A DNA stretch of 63,995 nucleotides, the filler included, from Perkinsus chesapeaki ATCC PRA-425 (Eukaryota > Protista > Perkinsozoa), in NCBI GenBank assembly GCA_013115145.1. It is 18 parts of 18 records of this genome, joined end to end, with 100 filler letters (N's around TTAATTAATTAA, not from the genome) between each part and the next. Parts side by side here need not be neighbours in the genome. Positions count along the whole stretch, not along the records: positions 11,765 to 13,476 come from JAAPAO010001817.1; positions 13,577 to 16,396 come from JAAPAO010001520.1; positions 16,497 to 19,887 come from JAAPAO010001415.1; positions 19,988 to 21,103 come from JAAPAO010002190.1; 14 more parts are not named here. One strand, given 5' to 3'. This document shows, piece after piece, positions 11,765 through 20,889 of this stretch (positions are counted from its first letter, which is position 1; each line of letters starts with the position of its first letter). The notes beneath the pieces are model-generated. The model saw only the letters and a list, made by a program, of their open reading frames with translations. It was not told where the DNA came from and made no database searches. The position numbers and the translations under genes were made by a program.

Positions 11765-13476
11765 GTGATATAGCGACTAGATGTTCTAAGTGTGGCAATC
11801 CCAACCACTCTTCTGATCTGTGCGAGGTCCCCACTAAGTCCTTGAACTGTCAAAGATGTCTAAAGTCAGGACATCTAGCTTATGTGTGCCCGGCTTCTAA
11901 GCCTGTGGACCCCGACTTGATCAACCAGAAATCTAAGGGCAAGACTGCTAAGTCTAATAAGCAGAAGTTCAAGGCAGGTAATCGACACCGGCCTGGTAAA
12001 CCCTCTACTACCCGGCCTGGTCCATCGACACCTTCTACTAATGCTCAAGTGGTCGACGAGTCCAACAAGGCCAATACTATTGGATCATCTTCAGAGTCTG
12101 AAGTTCAGACCCTAACTCTACTATATGGGTCTCTCCCCTTAGTACTGCTGACCTCAACTCCAACTCTAATGCACTCCATACTGATAATGGTGTTCATTCT
12201 TCTAACACGTCGTCTAGATCCTCTAAGATCTCTATGGTCGTTGGCGATCTATCTGTTTGCGGTGTTGTGCGCCCTGTCCTCTATGACACTGGTGCTGACG
12301 TCTCTCTAATTGCCATTGGGACTCTCCGCAAGATCACCAATAAGCGTCTATGCTTTAATGACCCTTCTATTCAAGGACGTGTTAATGTTGCTAATGGTTC
12401 GAGTCTTTCTATCTTAGGGAAGGTCGAGCTAGAGGTTGGCTATGGCAATACGTTTACTAAGGATGCCTTTCTATTGGCTTCTGATGATTTGAGTACTCCT
12501 GTTATTGTTGGATGCTCTACTATGGCCAAGTTGCGTACCACTATATCTATATCGCCCGATGGGATCTATGTTAGACTAGGAGATCGCCCCCCTCAAGTCT
12601 CTACGGTCGAAGGCCCTGAGCCTCGTCTATCTCTGCGCGATATGGATTGGCTACGTAAGGTCGCTGTTATGCACGTGAGTCACGTTGTGTCTCTATCATC
12701 GGTATCTACTTCCAGACCTAGGCCATCGATATCTATCAAGCCTAGTAGCCTAGATTTCTCCTATGGCGTGGAAGGTGGGAGCTATGTGCTCTATGATACC
12801 TTCAATGATGATATGGCTATCCACCCTGATCTTCCGGTGTCTATAGCTATTAGCTCTACTACGTGCGTTAATACTGTTACTGACTCTGATACTATCTCTA
12901 CTTGTGATTTACTTCCACCTTGGCAAGCTATCTCTAGAGAGTGGGTCAGTGATAAGTCGGCTCCCCTAGGTCGCGTGTCTGTCGAAGTTCCGTGGCGGTC
13001 TCTAGAACGTCCTGCTTTCAACTTCCACTATGCGGCTAAACGTGGCCTGGCTTCTATAGCTCGCCTCGATTCTAAGCAGCAGTCAATGTTCGAGGACGCC
13101 CTCTCTCAACTGGTTGGCAAGGGCTTCTGCTCTATCGTCTGTGATCTGAGATCAACCGGTCTCAAGAAGCCCACCCGAGCTATGTGTCAACAAGCCTGGT
13201 CTACTCTTGTTAAGGGGACGGCCTCTGAAGGCTCTAGTGTCCCTCTAGCGGAGCACTATACTCCTTCCCATTTAGTGTACCGACCTTCTCATCCTACTAC
13301 GCCTTGTCGAATTGTTTTCGATTTTCGAGATCTCAATCGATTTTCTAATCGAGGTGGTTTTCCCCAAAACCATCTAGCTGGTTGTCTCCTAGCTATTAGA
13401 TCTTACCAGCACTTTATTGCTGGTGATCTCTCTAAGGCTTTCTGTAGGATGCAGTCTAATACTAGGGATGTTCCCT
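11765..13476 (+). mobile_element. LTR retrotransposon gag-pol fragment, BEL/Pao-like, with a frameshift near 12100
   Basis: Two knuckles (CSKCGNPNHSSDLC, CQRCLKSGHLAYVC) and aspartic protease LYDTGA. RT start HYTPSHLVYRPSHPTTPCRIVFD...GDLSKAF resembles the BEL/Pao YLPHHxV..TTKxRIVFD..ADIEKAF pattern. Confidence 0.75.
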
Positions 13477-13576
13477 NNNNNNNNNNNNNNNNNNNNNNNN
13501 NNNNNNNNNNNNNNNNNNNNTTAATTAATTAANNNNNNNNNNNNNNNNNNNNNNNNNNNNNNNNNNNNNNNNNNNN

Positions 13577-13707
13577 GTAGTTGTGGTGGTGGTTGTAGTT
13601 GTAGTTGTGGTGGTCGTAGTTGTTGTAGTTGTGGTCGTGGTAGTTGTAGTGGTGGTGGTGGTCGTTGTTGTTGTAGTTGTGGTTGTTGTAGTGGTAGTTG
13701 TGGTGGT
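13577..13707 (-). repeat. (ACN)n Thr-codon array, 3' flank of the LINE
   Basis: All triplets are NGT on the + strand, i.e. ACN on the minus strand. Confidence 0.9.
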
Positions 13708-16220
13708 TTGTTTGTTTGTTTGTTAGTAGTTTATGGTCCAGCGCCAGGTTAGGCTTCGCCAGACCTTATCATAGCCTTATATATACCATATCATATTAAA
13801 TTCAAATATTAACTCAGAAGCAAACGGTAGAGGGTATCCATTCTTCCTTCTCTTACCGTGAATTGACCCATTGTACCATCACCATCGACCCACGAGGGTC
13901 TGTCCCTTTTTGCACACCGCAGGGCTCTATGAGCCGGATCATCCTCTTCCACTTGGCACAACATACAAATTGGTGATATTGATCTCCCAATTCGGTACAT
14001 ATATAGACGGAAGGATCTAGAATGTCCCACCACCAGGGAAGCCATTCTTGGTAGTCTATTACATGCTCTCTGCAGAATATCCCTCTGTCTTTCCGACCGC
14101 ACCATATGGTATAAATCATATCTTAGTAGTTGCCTGTCATCAGCTAGACGCTTCCTCCGACGCTCCTTGCAGAGTCTAATCGTGCAGGATTTAGAGGCAG
14201 CTATTGATAGTTTAATGCCAGAATACCGTCCTTGATTTGCCAATGCATCAGCTCTGTCATTAAAGGGGATGCTGTTGGTATGGCTGGGTATCCAGTATAG
14301 GAATAAGTTTTCAGTATCATTGATTATATTGACAATTCTTCGCAGCCTATCATTAGTATGTCCTCGAGTCAAAGCCATGAGAAGGGACTTGGCGTCCACA
14401 AAGACTCGGCATGGCATATTAGTATTATATTGGCCATTCTTATAGTGCTCCAGTGCATATTGTAAGGCTACCTGCTCAGCTTGGTAAATAGTACAGTAGT
14501 GCGGTAGATTTCCACAAAAACTGTAGACCTCTACACCATTTTCCACCACTGTATAACCACATCCCGCTCGTTGATCTGGAGGTTCGCTATTTGCCACAGA
14601 GCCGTCGGTATAGATATTTATACCACTACCGCTCACCAGGCGCCATTCTTTGATGGCGTCTTCTGCTGTACCAGCAATGTGTATTTTGGTGACCACGTTC
14701 TCGGATGGTGGCGGACCGCAATAGCCTGTCTCAACTTCGTAATCCTCAGGGAATCTCTCTTTCATGATATCCACCCATTTACGTCTCATGGCCTTTGAAA
14801 AGCCAGTCACGTTAGGGAACACCTCGCCTTCCCTTGACCAGCTAGGAGCCTTATGCATCTCAATAACCAAATACCGATCCACCAGGCTGTCGGACAGGGG
14901 AAGTTCATTAGTTAGGGCCTCTATGAATAAGTTCGGCGAGTCTTTGGTCAGTCGATATGCCATCCTAAGCATCCTGCGATATCCAGCATCAATAAGCGAG
15001 CAAGTGGCTTTATTGGCTAGTGACCGTCCCCAAGCTTCAATAGCATAGCTCAGGGATGTGACCCACACAGTTTTGGCGAGAGTAAGAACCGCTTGCGGGG
15101 GTAGTCCAAAGGACTTACCCGCAAATCTCTGTATTCTCATGGTGGTATTGTGGCAACGGACAAGCTTCTCCTTAATGTGTTGAGTGAAGCTAAGAGCCTT
15201 CGAAATGAGGACACCCAATATCCTTATATGTTGATCACCATACAACGCACAATGGAAGCCACATAATATCTTGGTCTTTTCAATTGATAACTGGAAGTTG
15301 TAACCAGCCAGAAGGGAGCCAATTTCTTGGAGTAGCCTTCCCACCAAGCTTGCAATACCATCCTCCGTTGCATCTTTAGAAAAGGTGAGTACCAGATAGA
15401 AGTCATCTGCATAAGCATACCATTCGATATTATACTGCCGACCACTCATCTTTTGGTTCAAATCCATTATCATAACTGTAGTATAGGCAGCAAACAAAAT
15501 CGGTGAGAGCACACAGCCCTGACCGAGACCCTCATTATCGTCGCCCTGTCTGGATATGTTGACTCCATAAAATTCATTGTGGTACCACTTGGGAGTTAGC
15601 CACGCCTTAACCCATTCGATATCACCATCGTCTGCACCCAGGCTGCGGATCGCATCAAGAACTTTGGTATGAGTTACAGATCCAAAGGCGTTGCTGAAGT
15701 CCAGGCTTACTATAGACCACTTCTTCTTACATACCGTTTGTCGTCGTTGTAGATGACCAAGGAGGTCTCTAATCAGTAGGGCTGAGGATTTACCCGGAAG
15801 ATACGCATATTGAGAGCCTTCCTTTAAAATATTACACACCACTTTTGATAATCTTCTGGAAATAAGAGCCTCCATAAGTTTACCCAGTATACAGCTCAAA
15901 GTAATCGGTCGGACCCCCTTCAGCGTACCATACCCAGTAGGCTTGGGAAGATAAACAATTTGAGAGTTCCTCCAATGGGCCGGCATTGCTGCCGTATTAT
16001 ATGATAGTTGACATAATCTGCCCAATTCTGACAACAACCAGTCTGGTGCTTGTGCTAAGTGAGCCCATCGAATACCACAGGAGCCTGGGGAAGATGTGCC
16101 TTTCCTTTTAGAGACTTCTTCTTTGATCACCGTCACAGGAAATTCGCACCATCTTTCAGCCAAGTGCAGCACCTCCTGATTAAGCCGTGTCGGTAGTTGA
16201 TGCGGCTCGGTGGGGTATGG
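13708..16220 (-). mobile_element. 5'-truncated non-LTR retrotransposon (RT-RNaseH-CCHC; I/Tad/R1/Ingi-type architecture) with (AAAC)n tail
   Basis: Tail at 13708-13723. Candidate 12-bp TSD AGTTGTGGTGGT at 13696-13707 and 16221-16232. No endonuclease domain present. Confidence 0.85.
13809..16220 (-). CDS. Reverse transcriptase + RNase H + C-terminal zinc finger, open in frame with upstream poly-Thr
   Basis: RT motifs RPITL, LDFSNAF, GLGQGCVLSP, YADD. RNase H motifs IYTDGS, QAEQVA, FVDAKS, WIPSH, NDRADALA. Zinc finger CMLC...H...C. Confidence 0.9.
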   Translation of the reverse strand, partial: PYPTEPHQLPTRLNQEVLHLAERWCEFPVTVIKEEVSKRKGTSSPGSCGIRWAHLAQAPDWLLSELGRLCQLSYNTAAMPAHWRNSQIVYLPKPTGYGTLKGVRPITLSCILGKLMEALISRRLSKVVCNILKEGSQYAYLPGKSSALLIRDLLGHLQRRQTVCKKKWSIVSLDFSNAFGSVTHTKVLDAIRSLGADDGDIEWVKAWLTPKWYHNEFYGVNISRQGDDNEGLGQGCVLSPILFAAYTTVMIMDLNQKMSGRQYNIEWYAYADDFYLVLTFSKDATEDGIASLVGRLLQEIGSLLAGYNFQLSIEKTKILCGFHCALYGDQHIRILGVLISKALSFTQHIKEKLVRCHNTTMRIQRFAGKSFGLPPQAVLTLAKTVWVTSLSYAIEAWGRSLANKATCSLIDAGYRRMLRMAYRLTKDSPNLFIEALTNELPLSDSLVDRYLVIEMHKAPSWSREGEVFPNVTGFSKAMRRKWVDIMKERFPEDYEVETGYCGPPPSENVVTKIHIAGTAEDAIKEWRLVSGSGINIYTDGSVANSEPPDQRAGCGYTVVENGVEVYSFCGNLPHYCTIYQAEQVALQYALEHYKNGQYNTNMPCRVFVDAKSLLMALTRGHTNDRLRRIVNIINDTENLFLYWIPSHTNSIPFNDRADALANQGRYSGIKLSIAASKSCTIRLCKERRRKRLADDRQLLRYDLYHMVRSERQRDILQRACNRLPRMASLVVGHSRSFRLYMYRIGRSISPICMLCQVEEDDPAHRALRCAKRDRPSWVDGDGTMGQFTVREGRMDTLYRLLLS

Positions 16221-16396
16221 AGTTGTGGTGGTGGTCGTTGTTGTTGTAGTTGTGGTCGTGGTAGTTGTGGTGGTGGTCGTTGTTGTAGTTGTTGTAGTTG
16301 TGGTGGTCGTAGTTGTTGTAGTGGTAGTTGTGGTGGTGGTTGTAGTTGTAGTTGTGGTGGTCGTAGTTGTTGTAGTTGTGGTCGTGGTAGTTGTAG
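16221..16396 (-). repeat. (ACN)n Thr-codon array (58 codons), 5' flank of the LINE
   Basis: Uninterrupted ACN triplets in the same frame as the RT ORF. Confidence 0.9.
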
Positions 16397-16554
16397 NNNN
16401 NNNNNNNNNNNNNNNNNNNNNNNNNNNNNNNNNNNNNNNNTTAATTAATTAANNNNNNNNNNNNNNNNNNNNNNNNNNNNNNNNNNNNNNNNNNNNACAA
16501 AATTATCGTCCCACGAAGTCATCGCAGCTATACCTCTCATTAGCATAGTATCTT

Positions 16555-16569
16555 GGTCGTTTAGCTCAG
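16555..16569 (+). pseudogene. trnI-AAT: 5' piece of tRNA-Ile(AAT) split by the Dada insertion
   Basis: GGTCGTT+TAGCTCAG. GGTCGTT pairs 6/7 with the acceptor strand ATCGACC at 19355-19361. Confidence 0.8.
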
Positions 16570-19295
16570 GAGGTTCCGGGGGGTTGACACTCAAGGCCGG
16601 GTCCGCGGTTAACCTACGGGTCCGCGGTTGATTTTCCCGGGCTTTCCTTTATTGCTAGGTTTGCGCTGGTGTTTCAAACAGTGGGACTTGTGCGTCGCCT
16701 TCTCGAGGAGAGAGGGGGCGTGCGTCCTCTGAGCCCTGCCCTCCTCTCCTTGTTGCGATTTCTTCTTTTGTTTGTTACCGGGTGACCCACTACCTTATAC
16801 CCGGCTCTTTACCGGGGGGTCCGCGGTTGCCCCTTCCAGGCCCTTTTCCGCTCGGCAAACGCGACAAATACAATAGTTATGGTGTTAACACATCATCATG
16901 CTTTTGTTTATACTTCATTGATCTTCTGTTTTTTTCTTTTTCCTCCTCGAATTCTCGTGGGCTAACGTCTTCCGCCGGAATCCTCAAACCACATTTAATA
17001 CGTCCTCGCCTGTTGATTTTGTGAATAATCCACCAGAGCTTAAGGTCAAATAAACAGCTTCCCACCCGAGAGAACGAGTTAAAGCTACGCTGCATAATGG
17101 AATGAAAACATTCCACCCTCGACGTTCCTCTATTAGCACGATATACTGGGAATTGAATTGAGGATCCCCTATATCCAATGGTATTCACTTGGGACATGCA
17201 TGAGCCCAAATCGGAAACACAGTTCCGATCTATGTGAGTAAGCTGACACTTGTACGTTGAAAAAAAATCTTCCCCTAAGAGCGGCTGGTACCGACTTCCA
17301 ATCGGCGGTGATGAAAGCTGTGAGGTGCTGGGCTCACTTTCTCTCTGGCCCTTCTCCTTCTCCCATTCTTCGAGAGCCATTAGATCCGATTGATAGTATG
17401 CTTGGATCACCCTGTCCACTCTCGACCTGAGCTCGGTTCTCTCTGGGACATACCGGCGTATATGTTTTAATCTATCAGCCTTAGGGACTGCGCCCTGTAT
17501 TCCCAAAGAAACGCGGGCGCGTTCCAGGGCTTGGGCGTCACCAACATCTTGGGCCAGAAAGGCCCTCCCCAAGTCTTTGGATAGCCTACCTGATAGACTG
17601 TGGCTTTGGTTGGATGCTCGCAGGAGACGTGTTATGATATGAAATACATCCAGTCGTACCGCAGTAGCATCAGGTAAATGATTAGCCCAAGCAGACTCGC
17701 CGGATTCCGAGCAACAATTGCAATCGACATAGAATACTCGTGGTGGTGATATACCACCCTTATCATAACGACGAAATACTTCGCTGACAAGTGGTGCAGC
17801 ATAACGCACTGATGTGCTTGGTACTAATCCGCACGATAGCACTGCTCCGAAATCGGATATTATAGTGCATGTCTGCCCGGAAACGTGGGTCGCAGCTACT
17901 TTTCGAGCTACTTTCCTTTGACAATCGATCCCAAGTGAGCCGCCTTCGTTTCCGACAATCCCAGCTAGTTCCCGAGCCAGATACTTCTTTTCTAGTAAAA
18001 GATCTCGGAGCATCATTGCCAATAAGAAATCATAGCTCGGAAGCCATACATTGTCTGGTGGTGCCGGTGCCTCCTCTGGTTTACCTCAAAGCGGATTGGT
18101 TACTTACACACTGAGGATATGAAATCTATTACCTTTGATGAAAGGGTTCCTCATGTCGCTATCCCACTTTTCCACGAACCTTCTCCGCCGAAGTTCGTAT
18201 TCCCGATTTAACGATGCTCTAACATTGCCAACAACTTGACTCAAATTCCCTCCACCCATAAGAGCTCGCCGGGCATGATGTACAACTTCGTAATCCAGTC
18301 CTTTCCCACCACAAACAAACGGGATCATCATCTGGACTCTCAGAGGTAGCGTAATTATGTAGCTTTGATCCCATTTGTAGAATGTGCGTCCACAAGAAGA
18401 GCATACCACACGTGTTGTCTGGGCAACGTAAACCTTATTGAAGTTATAGATTATCTTCTCGTTGGACAACTTGCTAGTGTGCATTAGATTGGACGAATCA
18501 CAGCTGACACAGCGACCGCCTTCTGGGTTCCATAAGAATAAATCATTGCCAAATATAGTCTCAACACAGGGGAGCGGGCGGGCTAGTTCATCAAGCCATT
18601 GGTTTTGACGTATCCACTTGAAGGTGTTGAATGGTGGGGCATTGGCGAGAGACTTGTATGGCTGAGCCCTTGAAGTCGGTCTAGTTCGGTTGGCTAGGTC
18701 ATGAGTTTGTACTCCTACATCTAGAGTCTCTCGCCTGTGGTCGATGACTGACTCAGAACTTATGTTATCGATGCAACCGCTGCCTTTGGCTTCTCTCTCA
18801 TTGATACCATCTTCGATAACTGCCGTGGTTTCTCCATCAACACCAGCCTCAGTTACCAGCGAGGTTACCAGCGAGGCTGGTAGCATAGTACTCTGTTCGG
18901 AGGGATGTGACTTCTCGTCCGATTCAGCAGACTTGAAAAACTGAGCGAACTTCGCTATATTCCTCTCCTTCAGTCTTTCTTCAATTCTCTTCTTCTCTTT
19001 GACCACTTCCTCTGGCAGTTTGCCACTCCGCCTCAACTTGGGCCAAACGCCCGTTTTCTCATACGTAGTAAGGGCATTTCGGTAGATCGGGTCAGCTAAG
19101 GGTCTTTCAATTTTACGGTGGGATTTCGATTTCATTTAGAAATATGAACTACAGCTATGCATATTTATCATCCGTCGCTATACCTGGATACGCTACGCGC
19201 GCGCAGGCGAGCGACGTGGCGCGCTGGCGCGCGCCACTTTCGCTCTTTCGATTTTTTTCTTTTTCCCCCCTTGTGGCAAATTTTTCCCCCCGCCC
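16570..19295 (-). mobile_element. Complete Dada-superfamily DNA transposon inserted in the A-box of a tRNA-Ile gene
   Basis: Flanked by the direct repeat TAGCTCAG (16562-16569, 19296-19303) and by the two tRNA halves. Encodes a DDE/DxxH transposase. Confidence 0.87.
16877..19135 (-). CDS. Dada-type DDE transposase, two exons (19135-18133, 18084-16877), 736 aa
   Basis: A 48-nt GT-AG intron (18085-18132) joins the two ORFs in frame. Motifs: CxxC...CxxC N-domain, GIDCQRK (D), YVDCNCC (D), RLDVFH (DxxH), GTSRVECFH (E). Confidence 0.82.
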
Positions 19296-19362
19296 TAGCT
19301 CAGTCGGTTAGAGCATCGTGCTAATAACGCGAGGGTCGCAGGTTCGAGCCCTGCATCGACCA
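19296..19362 (+). pseudogene. trnI-AAT: 3' piece of tRNA-Ile(AAT), lacking its 5' acceptor strand
   Basis: D-arm, anticodon loop CTAATAA and T-arm are intact, but the 7 nt upstream (CCCGCCC) cannot pair with ATCGACC. Confidence 0.9.
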
Positions 19363-19611
19363 TTGTTGCTCTCGCAGTGAGTTTGTTGCTCTTGCGGTAG
19401 GTTTGCTTGATCGGATCCCACGTCGAAAATTTCTGTGATGATGAAGATTTTCATACAAGCGCGCGACCGAGCGCGTCACAACTGAAACTATGCGTCGCAA
19501 CTGGCGCACTCGACAAACCAAAGTCATAAGGCTAAGCATGCACACAGGGTAGAGCTTTTCACTCTATTTCTATTCAATTCCGGTTAATCTGGGCTTTCTA
19601 TTCTCTTGTAA

Positions 19612-19684
19612 GCGGCTTTGGCGCAGTAGGTAGCGCGTAGGTCTCATAATCCTAAGGTCGCGAGTTCGATCCTCGCAGGCCGCA
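19612..19684 (+). tRNA. trnM-CAT: tRNA-Met(CAT), elongator type
   Basis: Full cloverleaf GCGGCTT...AGGCCGC-A, anticodon loop CTCATAA, TTCGATC T-loop. Confidence 0.93.
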
Positions 19685-19868
19685 TTGTCAACTTTTAGCA
19701 CTCTTTTACGGATTGAAGCATTTGATTTACCGCTACGTGGTGATCGAGTCTCGATCGGCTTCGTACGCTATTCAATCTACAACATGGAGTCGCGGATCGG
19801 CTAGGCCGAATGGTCACTCAGTCCCGCGGCACTCGAAGAGCAGATTTCCAGTTTGTGCATCAGTTGTA

Positions 19869-19887
19869 GCCCGATTAGTTCAGCTGG
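19869..19887 (+). tRNA. Possible 5' start of a third tRNA, cut by the contig end
   Basis: GCCCGAT-TAGTTCAGCTGG resembles an acceptor strand plus A-box; only 19 nt visible. Confidence 0.35.
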
Positions 19888-20659
19888 NNNNNNNNNNNNN
19901 NNNNNNNNNNNNNNNNNNNNNNNNNNNNNNNTTAATTAATTAANNNNNNNNNNNNNNNNNNNNNNNNNNNNNNNNNNNNNNNNNNNNAACGGTTCTAGCT
20001 ACAGCTGTCACCAGGTGATTGCAGCGCCTCTCCCAACCCCAGCGTCTATGGGATTTCCCTATGATAGAATCAAATAATGCTCGTTCACAGCACATCAAAT
20101 CGCTTGAAGGAGATTTTTCTGATAGAGAAGAATGACTCTTTGAGAATCAGTGGACTCAGTCCACTGGACTGAGCCGGCTAACGGTGATGCCTAGTTGATC
20201 AGAATAACATGTTGTCCATGTTACCGAATCGGTCATATTGATCATATGATGAGACATAATCATGGGACTTCGTCAGACACGAAACAAATTGTATCGTGAA
20301 CTCTCGAGACTGTTGCGCGTTGTCTCCGAGACAACTGATCAACTGAGTTCTGCTCACACCTTTCAAATCACACTGTATGCGTTGTCTGTCACAAGAGAAT
20401 GCAGACGAGACCGAAGAGAGGAACGGCGAAGCGGAAGTATATTATGACTCACAATTTGTAAGTACGTCTTTAAGCTACGGTTTTTTGCCTTGTGAAATCG
20501 GTTACATACCTTTTAATTGATGTAGTAACTTACTGAACCCCATTAATACAACATACCGTATTTCTTCCGATTATCGAAGTTCGATATTACGTGTTTGATC
20601 ATTGTTTTTTGTCAGTTCAGTAACTGGGATACATAAAGTGCAGCAATCATATGGTATGA

Positions 20660-20889
20660 TAGTCATACAACTGATGTGTTTATCGCTCGCCTTGCTAACG
20701 CTTTGTGAAACCGTAAAAATGCGCGCAGCAAAATTATGGAACATTTATTTTTGGGAAGAAAACTAAAGAAAATCCTTATGGGCGTGTAGTAAGTTCGCCC
20801 CGCATACTAGCTAGTTCAACTACGCTATTTTAGTCTAGTTCCTAAACGGCGTTCCTCTCATTTGCGAGCCAAACTACAGCACTGATAGT
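20660..20889 (+). repeat. Diverged dispersed non-coding repeat, copy 2
   Basis: Collinear with 1943-2177. Confidence 0.8.

Noticed and set aside
12090-12110. Programmed -1 frameshift between gag and pol
   Set aside because: No X-XXY-YYZ slippery site; a single-base deletion or sequencing error is simpler.
16197-16452. Poly-Val and Cys/Gly/Ser-rich ORFs on the + strand
   Set aside because: Shadow frames of the minus-strand ACN array.
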